Assembly (NCBI GenBank): GCA_977018835.1
Contig: OZ361259.1
Span: 248,001-312,000, forward strand
Reading direction: 5' to 3'
DNA length: 64,000 nt
Source: Minutocellus sp. GHC0000111
Lineage: Eukaryota
Positions 26,308 through 39,663 of this stretch are shown here, piece by piece. The position numbers and the translations under genes are program-made. The notes under the pieces were generated by a model. That model saw only the letters and a list, made by a program, of their open reading frames with translations, did not search any database and was not told where the DNA came from. Each line of letters begins with the position of its first letter. Positions within the stretch are counted from its first letter, which is position 1.

Positions 26308-26894
26308 CTTTGCGGGTAAGTAAGTAAACAAAATAAATGAGGGAGCGAGCCTACGATTACGCTTACGCTTACCTAGGTACAGGAATCACCGATGACCCAA
26401 GAGCTTCTAACTGGGGAGCGCGGAGCGCGGGCCCGCCAAAGCACTCCGTGCGTGAGCGAGGCGAGGACACAAGGCAGCAGCAGGCAACACGACCAGCCGA
26501 AGACGAGCCGACGCGGGAGGCAGTCATACCACTTGGTACATGTAACAACCTCCCGACTGCTGTGCTTGTTTCAGTACACCCACTCCATTTATTCATATTT
26601 TGTTTGCAGCATATCGGTGCCCTTGCCTCGAGTTGGCAGCACATCTTGTGCTGAATTTGGGGCTTTTTGAATTTTTGCGGGACCCAGCAAGCGCCCAAAA
26701 AATTGGAACCGCGCTTGGCGAGGAGAAAGCAATTGGAGAAAGTCAAGTGAGCGTGGAAGTGCCGGCGGTAGCGTAGGCCCCGGAGCTACCACTACTCCAG
26801 AGAAGAACATTCTGAGCCGACACACAACAGCACTTGCTTCACGTCACTTGACTTGTTTTGTCCATTCCATTATCATTCATTTGGTGTATCAGTC

Positions 26895-29800
26895 ATGCGC
26901 CGCCCCCGCACCGAGATGGCCGCCAATTCCAATCGTCCAGCTGCTGTTGCCGGCAGCACCGACAGTCCCCTCCACGCCAGGATCGTCCGGTCCAACCAGG
27001 CGGCGGCGCTGTACCGCGCCGGACGGTACGAGGAGGCCGTGGGTTTGTACCGATCGGCGCTGAGCGATGCCGAGTGCAACCACCCGGCCGTCGTCGTCAT
27101 GGAAGCGTCGATGAATAATAGGAGGGGCGGCGGTGATATTGGTATTGGAGGGATGGGCACTGGCAGCGGGGAGGAGCGGCTCGATCTGGACCAGCTCCTC
27201 GACATGATCAACCGGGCCGCCACTTCGCACAACCTTGGGTTGGCGCAGAGTGCCGCCGCTGCCGCCGCATCGGCAGCTGCCCCATCGGCACCTACAAGAA
27301 CTGTACAACAAGAGGGGAGGGACTCGCTGCCGTCGTACCGCAAATCGGCGGCCCTGTACCGGCTGTGCCATGCCCTGGTCTCCTCGGGCCGGGTGCGGGA
27401 GGCGCAGATGCTGGAACGGGAGGAGTTGTCCTCGTTCCTCCGTGACTTGGACAACAACAACAACGGCAATGACAACAACAACATCAATGGTAACAACAAT
27501 AGCAGTGGTCGACGGCTGATCTGCGCCGAGATCCACGCGGCGAGGTCCCTCCTGGCCACGGCCGGGGCGCTGGCGGAACGGTCCGACGTCGACGGGACCA
27601 TCCACTGCCACGAGGAGCTCGTGAGCTTCCTCCTGGGGGACGACGCCAACGACAATGACAACGGCAACGACGGCGATGGCAACGACATTGACGACGATGA
27701 TAATGCTATTGGTGGTGCTGTTGGCGATGCCGGGGATCAGAACAGCCTCTTGGACGATGGTGGATCGGTGGATGGGGATGACAGCGGCGGCGTTGCGAGG
27801 CCGACGGAAGAAGACGCGAGTGCAGATGCAGATGCTGAAGACGGCGGTCCACCGGCCATGATGAGTCCATCTTCTTCCGCCTTCTCGACCACTGTGGGAG
27901 GAGATGATAACGACAAGGACATCGGTGCTACCAGCACTGCCGCCAACATAGCTACTGCTGGTCGTGTGCGCGCAACCGCACCGCTCTTTGTGACCATGAA
28001 CGAGCATCAGAGGATGCGCCTGATATCCAACTCCCTCAACGCCCTGGGCAATTTGTACTCCCGCCGGGGGGACGACGAGGATGCCATCGTGTCGTTCATC
28101 GACGCGTTGGATCTGCTCCGGTCCATCGAGGATCCCGTGGGGATCGTCGACGACGACCCGACCGCTACCAACACCAACGCCAACAGCCGCAACGGCGATG
28201 TCGGAATGGACGCACGAAATGACAATGACGATGATGATAATATCAACGCATCAGGGACAACAACGATTGACATTCGAGATGACATCGCTCGAACCCTCTT
28301 GAGCCTGTCGACGCTGCATGGGCGGAGAGGTGAGCTCGATGATGCCATCGAGTACGGCGAAGAGGCATTGGCGGTCCTTACGGAGCGGCATGGAGATTCC
28401 GATGCCAGGGAAGAAGAGGGCGAGGACGGACCCAACCGTCATCCCGCTGTCCTCTCTGCGTTGCATGCGCTGGGACGGCTCTACGATCTCGACGGTGATT
28501 TTGACAATGCCATGGCATGCTACGAGGACTCGTTTCTTGGCAGGTGCAAAACCGTCGGCAGTGATGACATCTGTGTCGCAGATGTGTTGGTGGACATGTC
28601 GTCAGCTCTGCAGAGAACCGGAAACAACGTCGATGGCGCCTTGGAGCTGAATTCTCAGGCCCTTCGAATATACCGTCTCCTTTTGACGCAAGAGGACGGC
28701 GATGGACGTGCCGAAGGAGCAAATCATCGCGCGAACCAGCGGAAGTGTAAGGTCTGTCTGGCAGGAACGTTGCAGAATCGTGGTTCCATGTACATGGAGA
28801 AGAACAATTACGATGAGGCCCTCATTTGCTATGCAGATGCTATGGAAAGTCTTAGAGAAGCCAAGGGAAAGGACCATCCCGACGTTGCTGCACTTTGGGC
28901 AGTCATGGGCGATGCGAACGTCGTCGGGGAAAGATTCGATGTGGCCAAGGATTGTTACGCTGCCGCACTTGAGGCTCATAGGATGAGAGGCCTGGAAGAT
29001 ACGGAGTCCCCGATACTGTGGATGCTCCAAAAGATAAGAGTCATCGAAGACATTGTGGCGAGTGCTCACAAGGAAGACGATGAATTCATTGAAGATCTTG
29101 CAACTCGTGCAGAAGATGTTCCTGAAGATGAATCAAGCCCGAGGAGATCAACGAAGGCGGCAGAGCAAGATGCCGGCGCAACGGTTAAGGCCGACCAAGA
29201 TTTCCTGAATGAGTTTGCAACGACTGCCGGAAGTGAGTCCAAAGAATCTCCCCAGCAACGCGCCAAACGTCTTTTAGTGCAGCAGGAGGAAGATGCGCAA
29301 TTTATGCGAGAGATCGATGCCGTATCGCCTCAAGACAATCGCCCCCCAAGCCGCACAAATGAGCAACTTTCTTCTCTTCTCCAAGAAGAACAAGCCTTCC
29401 TTGCTGAATTGGCCTCAGGTACCATGAGTGATGATGATCATAAAGATATCACTGCTGTAAGCAGACAACAACCTCCAAAGCAGCCGATGCCAAATCTTAA
29501 CAAAGAGTATTCATTGAAGGAAAAGTCTCCGCCACAAGTGCGCTCTCCCAAAGGTCTCGAGCTTACTGAAGAGGTAGAATCCGTTGCGGGTCCAGCTGGA
29601 ATAAAAGAAATCATCCCACAAGCCAGTGCGGATGATACAGTTTCTCTCATCACTTTCAAGGAGGAAGCAATGTTGAGCAATGCAGGAAATGGAAATGGAA
29701 AGCGCGGGCCTTCCCAACGGCCGAATATTCATCGCTCAAAGTATGGCAGCGGTAAGTCCCAGCAGGCAGATTGGCTGACGAATACTCTCGGTAACATTGT

Positions 29801-32039
29801 GGAACAGGCAGATAATTTTCTACGGCCGTTGGCAGAACATCCGCAGCAACAATCCAGAGATACTAGGCCTAGTAGCAGCTCCAATTCAAAGGGACAGGCC
29901 CCAATATCAGAGATTACTTTCTCTATTGGTGGGGATGGGCAAGAGATCGCGAGAACGAGGAGTGCTGACTCCGACATTACCGATGCCATGGACTTGTATG
30001 GCAGTAATCCCGTCTCTGGACCGCGTCGGATTCCAAATCAAGCTGCAGAGGAAGAGATTGGAGAAGAAATTGGAGTGGAAGTTGACGAATTGTTGGCACA
30101 GATGGCATCTGCCGAGGGAGACGGCACTTCTCCGGCAACCTCGGAAGGCCAAACTCTGGAACACCGAAAACCGAGGGAAGCACGCATATCGATATCAAGT
30201 CCAACATCGGCGGGAAGCAGCGGGGGCGCCGAGCACATTCAAGTATCTCCAACATCAGGAAAATCGCGCAAGGTTGCAAAGACAGCCGAGATAAAGGCTG
30301 CCAAGAAGGAGTTGAAGCGTCTAAAGGCTTCCAAAGGCACCGAGTCGGCAGAGGTTGCTGCCTGCCTCATGAGTCTTGGTAGTCTATTTATGGTCGAAGG
30401 CGATACCGATTCAGCATTCAATGTTTGGACGCAAGAACTGGAAGTTCGTCGAGCTGTCTACGGCGCAGGACACTTTGGTGTTGCGGACGTCCTCAATCGG
30501 ATTGGAACTATTCGTCTGGAGCGTGATGAGTTTGAGCTTGTGAGTTACATTCCCCACAATACTAGTATCCGGCTTTCTACATCACCTCATGCTTTTTGAT
30601 TTGCTTTGACCACGTTCATCTCACCAATGAATATCACCTTGTTTCCTCTTTATATCTCACAGGCCAAGCATTGTCACACCCAGGCCCTCGAAATCCAGCA
30701 AGCATGCCTAGGAGAGAACGAGCACAACCCAGATGTCTCTAGGACTCTTGTTAACATTGGAAACGTCTACTACAAAGAAAGGAACTCCTTGTCAGCTATC
30801 AAATCTGGCGTTCACGACGCTCTCTATGACGACGTTGTCGAATCTGGCATGCTTTGCCGCATTGCATTCGCCCACGACGAAAGAGGAGAGTACCTTCGAG
30901 CTATCCATTTCTATGACGAACACGTCGAGCTTCTGAAATCTAGTGGCGAGAACAAGCACATTCCAGGAATAATTAACGCCCTGAATTGCCTCGGATCACT
31001 GAATAAGAAGATTGGACGATACGTCGAAGCATTGGACTATCACACCAAGGCACTGAATATGCAGCGAGCCGTACCTAAGATCGCCAAGGTGGAGCTTGCG
31101 AATACTTCAGTACTTATTGGAATGGTTAAACACAAGGCCGGGCAATTCCAGAAAGCGCTATCGCTCTTTTCCGATGCCCTGCCCGTGCAGCAGAAAGTCT
31201 ACGGTAAGAAGCACTCGATCCCCGGAAGGACAATCTTCAACATGGCAGTGACATATGATGAGTTGGCCGACCACAAGAAGGCCATGTCCTCACTTGAACA
31301 AGCTCTCTCTATCCAGAAGTCCGTGTTACCTCCCGATCATCCGGACACTCTCTCAACTCGAATGTATATTGCACGGGTTCAATCGGCGGCAGGAAAGTTC
31401 GACTATGCTCTCTCTACTTTGCTTGGAGTTCTCAATTCGCAGAAGCAGTTGTTTGGCCCGAAGCACCCACTCGTGGCGGATACCTTGCATCAGATTGGAA
31501 TCTGTTATGCACGGAAGGGCAAGATGAATTCCGCGCTCAAAACCTACGAAGAATGCTTCTCCATACGAAAGGAGATTCTCGGATATGACCATCCCGATAT
31601 CGCTTCCTGCCTAAACTCCATTGCCGCGGTTCACGCCTCGAAGAAACGCAACGAGAAAGCCCTTCCCATCTACGAAGCTGCCCTCAAGATCCGACGCGAC
31701 GCTCTCGGTGATCAACACGTTGACGTTGCGAGGACACTCAGCAATCAGGGTGTTGCCTACGCAGCGCTGCGGGACTTTGACCGAGCAATGGCTGTTTACA
31801 ACGAAGCAAAAGCCATCCGGGAGGCCGCTTTGGGCGAGGCACACCCGGCCGTTGGCGACAGCCATGTCAACATTGGCAATGTCTTCCTGCGGAAATGCGC
31901 GTTCACCGATGCGAGGCGCGAATTTGAGTCCGCATTGCTGATCTACAAGAAGTCCAACCTACCCCCTGACGACCCCAAGCTAGCTAGAACAATGGCGGTC
32001 ATCGAGAGAGTGAAGCGAGATGAAGAATTGTGTGTGTAG
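26895..32039 (+). CDS. Large TPR-repeat protein, copy beta
   Basis: Coding sequence matches copy alpha; intron 30540-30662. Confidence 0.9.
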
Positions 32040-32291
32040 AAAACACCTACCTAGCTGAGTACTAGCTAGCCAGGTACCGAATGAAGACTCGCGAGGAACT
32101 AGCTAGTAGCTTACTAGTACTGCCGGTAGTAGGAGTACGATCGTAACACAGTAATTATTTGATTGCAGCCGCAAGTAATCAGACTGCTTCATTAGGGAAG
32201 TATTTGAGAGAACAGTCCAATTGCAAAAAATCATATGCACCACACACACATACACGTACTCATTACATAATAGTAACATGATCCAACAAAA

Positions 32292-33968
32292 TTAGTCAAA
32301 GAAACTCATAAAGGCCGAAGCGATACCATAGTCATCGACACTAGTATCGCCCTTCTTTGCATCACTCTCGCTCTTCACACTTTGATCCTCCTCTTGGTTC
32401 TTGTTCTTCATGGACGCCGCCGCCTTTTCAACCGTCTCTTCTACTTTGTGACCTACATTTCGGAGTTCATTGATAATCATTTTCGTATCGATGCCTTGCT
32501 CCTCTGCCAAGTAGCAAAGTTCTTTTGCAAAGGCCTTGGGGTTCATGTCGAAGACGTTGGTGTAGATAGTGCAGCCCTCAAAGCTGAAGTCATCATCGTA
32601 GTCAAAATCGTTGAGAGTACCAGTGGCATCATCGTCGAGATTTTCCTCGTTCAGGAAAGAGAGATGATTCTCATCGCGCGCAACTTCGTTGCTGTCGGAA
32701 GATGTGGAAGGCCAAAATTCAACTGGAGGCTTTGATTTGAAGAAGACGGCGTAGCAGGTCCTTGTAAGTTCATATCTTGCCTTAAGATCTTCGCCGACCG
32801 CAGCACAATTTGTATAGTACGCATCAACTATGGCAATATTAGACTTGCACCCCATTGACTGGCACACCTCGGCGTATAGGTCAGGGCACTTTTCCACAAG
32901 GATGCTGTGTGCGCAGTGGATCTTGAAACTAGGAACAAACGCCTGGTAGTTGTCCTGAACAAGCATTGCTAGGAAGCAAAGCAGCTCATCCACTATGGTG
33001 TCGATGCTGGTGGAAGTGGAGAGAACAGTCTCCGTTGTGCCATATACGTCAATCTGGGCACTCAGAAGAGCATTGATGAACGAAACATACAACGATGTGT
33101 TCCGAATCATCACCTTCTTGCCTGCGACGGCGCGCTCCTTGGCTCTTTCTGATCCCTTCGAGGCTTCAAGTAGGATATGGACCATGTCTCCGGAGACATT
33201 GTCTCCCTTCGGAGCGAACGAAACAAACGACTTGGTTTTCGATGGTTTGGCATGGTACCATTTGATTACCTTCACTCGCTTCCTGTCGATATGGCCTCGA
33301 ACGATGGCCTGTAGAGGAACGATTGCAACTTCGGCGGCCTTTTTCCTATTGCGAATGATCATACCACGAGCATATGCCTGCGCCAAGACAATCGATGAAA
33401 TTTGAGCCTTGACGCGACGTCTGACCATGATGCCGCGAGCCAGCGATTGGATGCAAGCGGCCGACGCGAAGATGTGTTGTGTCTTGATAGCCGAGTAGTT
33501 GCGCCGAGCAATCATACGACGAGACGCTGCCTGCAGCACAGTGGCTGCATTGGCAAATGTGATTTCTTTGATGCGACGCTCTTCCTCACGTTTTTCCGCG
33601 GCGGCGATGAAATCTGCCATCATCGTGGCTTCTTCTTCGATGTTTCCGAGGGCCTTCTGGGCCGTGGCGATGGAACTAGTAAGTAGTTCAAGATGAGAGG
33701 CTGCCTCCTGTTCCTTGCGAGCAATGGCGTCTCGATCAATCGCAGTGATTAGTGTTTTCTCACCATCAACCTTCTCCTTTCCGAGAGTCGGCACAGATAT
33801 TTCCTCACCGACGAAGGAATCAGCATCATCGCGAAGCTCATGCTCGACATCACGGATCGATGAGATTGAATCGCGGGGTAACTGTGGGCCTGACTGCACG
33901 ATCTTTCTTTGCGCAGAAGATGCTGCTGCTGGGGGGACAGCAAATGAAGCGGAGGCGATCCGAAGCAT
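32292..33968 (-). CDS. IQ-motif / DUF1399-like protein, copy beta (probably 5'-truncated)
   Basis: Translation identical to copy alpha. Confidence 0.75.
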   Translation of the reverse strand: MLRIASASFAVPPAAASSAQRKIVQSGPQLPRDSISSIRDVEHELRDDADSFVGEEISVPTLGKEKVDGEKTLITAIDRDAIARKEQEAASHLELLTSSIATAQKALGNIEEEATMMADFIAAAEKREEERRIKEITFANAATVLQAASRRMIARRNYSAIKTQHIFASAACIQSLARGIMVRRRVKAQISSIVLAQAYARGMIIRNRKKAAEVAIVPLQAIVRGHIDRKRVKVIKWYHAKPSKTKSFVSFAPKGDNVSGDMVHILLEASKGSERAKERAVAGKKVMIRNTSLYVSFINALLSAQIDVYGTTETVLSTSTSIDTIVDELLCFLAMLVQDNYQAFVPSFKIHCAHSILVEKCPDLYAEVCQSMGCKSNIAIVDAYYTNCAAVGEDLKARYELTRTCYAVFFKSKPPVEFWPSTSSDSNEVARDENHLSFLNEENLDDDATGTLNDFDYDDDFSFEGCTIYTNVFDMNPKAFAKELCYLAEEQGIDTKMIINELRNVGHKVEETVEKAAASMKNKNQEEDQSVKSESDAKKGDTSVDDYGIASAFMSFFD

Positions 33969-34221
33969 CCCATCTTGTGCAAAGACATTTGACCGGGCAG
34001 GCTTGCATGTTGACTTATTCGACTCAAATACATAAAGTACAAAAACCTGGAGCTGGCGAGGTGGGCATAAGCGTTGAGCAATGATGATGATGAGGCCGAG
34101 CCAGCTGGGCCGCGCCGGGCACGAGCATTTTTCCTCTTTCCTCTTGGTCGTTCGCCCGACCCATCACGCCGGTACCTTGCTGCTTGCATACGAAGCAGCA
34201 AAACAAACTAAGCAAGACAAG

Positions 34222-35446
34222 ATGGCCGACAACCGACTCCGATGCGCCCTGGTGTACCGCCTCGACGCCGGTGACGAGACCTCCGTCACCATGCTGGCCA
34301 AGTACGACCACGCGTCGCAGTACGAGACCAGCCCGGGAGGGTCCGACCTGTACGGCGGCCGCGACAAGAGCTACGCCGATGCCGTCGGGATGGTCATCGG
34401 GAACGACCCGCCGGGCGCCACCTCCGAGGCCGGGACCATCGGTGGCTTCAAGGTGTGCCAGTCCGAGGTGCACCAGGTCGTTTACGGTTCCGATACGGAT
34501 GGATTGTGTAAGTCTTGTGGCAACAGTCCATGCCAGCACGTACATAATTGTTTTACATGTGTTCGTCCAAAAGGATTTGAATTGTTACTTGAATTGTTCA
34601 TGTAATGGGCGCCATAACAATATGCATTCGGGGCATGTTTGTCGCCAGTCAATAATTGAGTGGGTTAAGCGCTGCTGGCGTTGGGAGTATTAACCTGCTG
34701 TGTGACTACTCTTATTCGGGTGCAGATTGCAATGCGGTACCCACTGCTGCGTCGTATTTTTAGTTCGTGTTACCCGAATAAATGGTTGGACGCGACCGAA
34801 TCAAAGCACTGGCCCGGTTGGGGTCGAAAGTCGTCCGATTAGATTGTAGCCGATGCCTTCGATGTCCATCTCACATTTCATTTCCGCATACCTCTTTTGC
34901 CTCATCCTGTCCCTGTCCTTCCTTGACCTCATCGGCCTGCACCACCGCTTCCCGCCGTCCTGGACCGCACTTCAAACCGCAGGCCTCGCCGTCATTACCG
35001 GACTCAAGTACCCCTCCCGCGTCGCCATCCAGGCCCTCATCGAGCTGTACGGCAAGTACTCCGAGCAGTTCGGCCTCCAGGCCAAGTCGGCCACGACCAA
35101 CTCCCTCACCAAAAAGTCCAAGCCCGTCCTTCAGGCCATGTGCAAGAAGTACGACGACCTCTCCAAGGTCGACAAGACCTCCGCCCTCATCGGCAAGGTC
35201 GACGAGGTCAAGGTCCAGATGCAGGACAACATCAGCGCCATGCTCAAGAACACCGAGCAGGCCGAGAGCCTGGCCGAGCGGTCCGACCAGCTCAACGAGC
35301 AGGCCAGCGTCTTCAAGAAGAAGAGTACCGACCTCCGGAAGCAGATGCGATGCAAGAACTTGCATATGACCATCATCCTTACGCTCCTGGTCGTCGGTGT
35401 TTTGGCCATCATCTTGGTCCCACTCATCATGAAGGCGAGGAAATAG
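34222..35446 (+). CDS. VAMP7-like R-SNARE, copy gamma
   Basis: Matches 11763-12987 at offset 22459. Confidence 0.92.
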
Positions 35447-35945
35447 CACAAGTAATATTGTGATAAGAGATATTGGCCGTGTCAAACGAGGTGTGCGGTA
35501 TCCTTTCAATTCGGCATTAAGCAAAGAGTCGGTAACGATTTGAAACGGCTGGTAAGCTTCCCACAGGTGATGCTACGAGCATGTTGGGAATCGCCTTGTT
35601 GGCCATATGACGCATCCTTATTTCGGGGAGGTTTGGTTTAGGAATTCCTTTTGCTGAAGTAGATCTATTTATTTGCGGGTCGCCAATGACAAAATTCTCC
35701 TTGACCCGTGGAGTGATTGAGTTGGAAAGACTTTCGCATTGTATTTGGAGACCAAAAGGTCCTTACAGCTTTACTTTGTAGTCATAAAAAAGGATAAATT
35801 TATTCGCTTAGATTTAGGTATTTGTTACACCGTTTTTCAATATGTATTGGAATGTGCAGCGCTCTAAGAAAGAACAAGGACAAAAATTCGGGCTCGTCGT
35901 AAGCAATCGTTTTCTCCTTTCCAAAATAGGGTGGTATGCAGAAAT

Positions 35946-37272
35946 TTACAAGAGATATTCGACAAGGGATGGGTTGGATTGATTGCTCGTCTCTCTGACA
36001 ACAGAGTGGCTAGGAATCATCGCGATATCGGAGGTGGGATGCGGATTCGCATGCTGCGGGGGGTGGGTTGGAGAAAGAGGACCAGCCGTTTCGCATGCGA
36101 AAATGCTTTTCACTCCCCTCTTGAATCGTTTGGACAGATCCTTGAGGTCAAAGTCAAATATTTCCTCTCGGTCATCGTTGTCAAAGGTTTCTCGGTACCT
36201 CCTGGAGTCTGGCAGGTCGGTATAGGCTGTGCCCGTGTAGGCGGTGTCATATGCGGTGCTCGCATCTGTATAGTTGGAGTCATCGTCAGCCGATTGAGTT
36301 GGTCTTTGGGCGAGGGAGTAAGCAGTCGCTGTGCCCATCGTGTAATTCGTAGCTCCGGTCGAATAAGCTGAGTAATCACCCATGTCGGTGTAGTCCGTGT
36401 AGGCACTCATGTCTTCAGTGGCGTCGGTCATGGCCGTGTAATGTGTGTCATAGTTCGTCTCGTTGTCCTCAGTGATGCTGCTGAGCCCGGTGCGAATGCT
36501 GGCGCCGGTCGTGGTGTACCTGGTTCCACCAGCGTTGGCCCAGCCCCCACTTGGTCCTCCCATCTCGCTCATCATTCCAGTGTACTCCGTGCCATACTCT
36601 GTGAAGTAGGCCGTGTTCTCGTCGAACTCGAATTCTGTGTTGTACTCTCGGAACGCCAGGACCAGGTGGCATGTCATATTCGGTATTGTAGTTCGTCGCA
36701 TCCTCTTCGGCGTCGTCGCTGTTGTGGCCAGAGAAACTGGAAATGATGCCGCTCATACCACTGTAGGCGCTCTCGGCCTCGCGGATGGTTGGCAAGTGGC
36801 TGTTCTGCAACGCCACCCTATTCCAAGCCGAACTCGGTGCATTATTTTGGGATTTAACATATGCATTACTAGTCCCTGGGCGCGCGGTACTAATATTGCA
36901 ATTAAAGGATGGTTTGGACGGCAACTGCTGCTGCTGTTGTTGCGATTGTTGCTGCTGCAACTGCTGCTGACCCTTCTTCGGCTTTCCAAGACCCTTCTGA
37001 ACACGGTAGCCAGAGGAAGCGGTGGATCGGTTGCTTGGGCTGGCCGACGAGTACTTGCTGGTGGCATCCGAGAAGGGTTCTCGGTTTGGTTTGGGACTTC
37101 GTGAGCTCATGGTCGATGGTCGTCTCACACTGCCCAGAGGTGGCTTCGCGTTGGTGTTGACGGACATGGCCCGAGCTCCGTTGGAGGCGGCATTATTTTT
37201 TGCCGGCCCCGAGGGTCGCGGCGGTCTGCCCGATGGAGGTTTCTGTTCCCTCTTGAATTTCTTCCTGAACAT
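35946..37272 (-). pseudogene. Low-complexity Gln/Thr/Tyr-rich protein, copy gamma, same frameshift
   Basis: Matches beta except for a polyQ tract 10 residues shorter. Confidence 0.6.
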
Positions 37273-37793
37273 TGCAGATAGATCGATATGTGAAAGGTTT
37301 GGAGCGAGCCACTTTAGTATTCCTGCCAGTGAGCCTCCTCTACAAAGAAAGGGTTGCAATGGAACGAGAACCGGCTGGCAAGAAATAAATGATGCGGATG
37401 GAATGCTTTTTTATGTATGCTTGGTTCCTTCGCTTGCTAAGTGGGCCTAAGGTTTGGTCTTGTCTTGGGCGATGAAATAGAGCACATTAGCCCCTGGGCG
37501 ATACAACTGCGATGCTTTCTCATCCCTCCCAGTATGATAGCCCACATGAGACCACGGTACATCGCAAGTCCATCATCCATCTCTTTTGAGCATACAAAAA
37601 TTTGAGTGACGCGGGGGCCGGGGGCCTTTTCCTCCTAAAAAAATCGTGATGGCGCCTGTCCGTCCGTCGTCGAGCGTGGCATCGGCTGACTTTCAGCAGC
37701 AGCGGAACCACCAAGATGAAGTCAAACGCCCGGCAGAGCACCAGTCCAGTTGGAGGAAGAAGGAGTAGCCTCTAGTAGATAGATCAGCAGAGC

Positions 37794-39131
37794 ATGTCGT
37801 CCACGCAGACGCAAAGAGATGCGCTCCTCCAGCAGATTGCTCGGGAGAGGAGAGAAGTGCGCATCCTGGAGTCCGAACGGGCCCTTCTCCTGAGCCGGTT
37901 CAACCATCGTCAATCGCAAGGAACCGACAAAGGGGCGAGAGATACCTGCTCCGATACCGCCAACACAGCAAATGCTCGGAATAGCAGTAAGAAGATGCCA
38001 CGCCCTCGTTATCATGGCGGAGACTTTTCCGGGGATCAAATGGCCAGGCTGACACATGGTGCTGCTGACCAAGACGGCGGTAGGGATCTGCTCGACGTGC
38101 TCGATGCACTGCAGTGCCGAACGACGCTGGAAACCATGAACGCGAACAATATTGGGGAAGCACCATCTTCTACGTCAGGTATCTTTGTACCAAGGAATGC
38201 TGCCACTGGTGGCGGCGGCGTTCTGAGAGAAGTGGACGCAGATTCCTACCGGATGCATCCTATTCTTGGCGGCATTACCTTTACAAAGGTGGAGGGACCG
38301 CTTCCGCCAGGCGAGCAGAAGCGGTCACAAGAAAAAGACATCGACAATGGAGATCCCAAGAAGAGTACACGGTCATTGTACATCCTTTCGGGACATACCA
38401 ATGCCAATATATCTGCAATTCCTGGGTCGGAACACAAATCGGAATGTTGCTGCATTGGTTTCGAGGTCCGAGCGGAGATATCCTTTGCAGATCAATCTGA
38501 TGGTGCTGATGACGAAAGGGCGACGGTGTCATCGGTACACACCAAGTTCTTCCCGCATCCGTCAAATGAGATGGCTCAAGACGATGATTCCAAATTTGCC
38601 CTGCCCATTCCCTTTCCAAAGGAGGAATTGGAAGAACTTGCCGATTTGGTATCCAAGACGCGAAGTCTGACGCAACTGTTTCGGGAATTGGTGGCCTTTC
38701 ACGAATTTCATTTAGAACGATCGGCATCGATGCAACGGCTTGTCAAGGAATTTGGCACGGATGGTTGTCTATCGATCACATGCGCCGATATTATGGAAAT
38801 TAGAAGCAGCTATGGCAATATGAAGGCCGGCAGGGATTGCTTGAGTGGGTTCAAAACAGCTGGTGCTGGTGCTGGTGTTGGTGTTGATGCTGGTGTTGGG
38901 CCGCTTCTGCGCTTGAGACTATCGTGGTCCCGCTCCTTTTCGGAGCTTGGCCGGGAGGATGATCTCTGCGTTGAAGATTGCACCGTCGGGGGCAACGGTG
39001 AGGCGGATAATGCTGTCGATGCACTGGTGGATACCATCCTGGATCCCGACGGCATCGATTCTCTCGTCCATATTGCAGGTGGCATCGAGGAGGCTATCCG
39101 TGCGATCACCCGGGCCGTCATGGGGACGTGA
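37794..39131 (+). CDS. Putative CENP-P-like protein, copy gamma
   Basis: Translation identical to 15365-16702. Confidence 0.6.
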   Translation: MSSTQTQRDALLQQIARERREVRILESERALLLSRFNHRQSQGTDKGARDTCSDTANTANARNSSKKMPRPRYHGGDFSGDQMARLTHGAADQDGGRDLLDVLDALQCRTTLETMNANNIGEAPSSTSGIFVPRNAATGGGGVLREVDADSYRMHPILGGITFTKVEGPLPPGEQKRSQEKDIDNGDPKKSTRSLYILSGHTNANISAIPGSEHKSECCCIGFEVRAEISFADQSDGADDERATVSSVHTKFFPHPSNEMAQDDDSKFALPIPFPKEELEELADLVSKTRSLTQLFRELVAFHEFHLERSASMQRLVKEFGTDGCLSITCADIMEIRSSYGNMKAGRDCLSGFKTAGAGAGVGVDAGVGPLLRLRLSWSRSFSELGREDDLCVEDCTVGGNGEADNAVDALVDTILDPDGIDSLVHIAGGIEEAIRAITRAVMGT

Positions 39132-39663
39132 CGCTTGAACCCTTGGCCAAACATCGGTCCCATACCAGTAAATACGCGTAAAGCTACGTAGCTAAGCTGC
39201 ATGTTGGAGTTTCAAGATCAACATCTTCGCACTATAATAAAATCAAAAATCAATTATATCTACCAAAACATTGATCATCGAAGAAAAAAGAAATCTAGAA
39301 TATCCCCAACCTGCATTGGCAAGGAAGCCAAGCGGTGTGCGTAATGCGTAACAAATGTGCGGTATGCGGTGTTCGTGGCGAGAGAGGGGGGAGGTAGCTA
39401 CGTAGGTGTGCGGTTTGACGTGTAGGGTGGTGGGTAACGGTGGCGGCGGGAAAGGGGGGTCGGTGGTGGTGGATCCGGGAACACAGGAGTCCCTGGAGCC
39501 CACCCACAGCGGGGGTCCGGAGCCAAGAACCTCTCTTGGCTCCAGACGGCGCTGCCTCTAAAAATTTAATACCACTTCCGCTTTGCCTCCAGCCCCACAC
39601 TAGCTAGACTTTGACACTTACTCCTCCCTCTCTCCTCCCTTCCCTCGCCCCCTTCTCCTCTCT

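Noticed and set aside
26545..26885. Single-base indels between alpha and beta (about 26549, 26881, and 30553 in the TPR intron)
   Set aside because: Non-coding and adjacent to homopolymers, so they may be consensus errors. The altered ORF ends in the track (e.g. the 1248-aa ORF) are artefacts of them.
11645..34103. Repeat unit as a giant mobile element, virus or plasmid
   Set aside because: No transposase, integrase, Rep/helicase, polymerase or capsid ORF; only ordinary intron-containing host genes.
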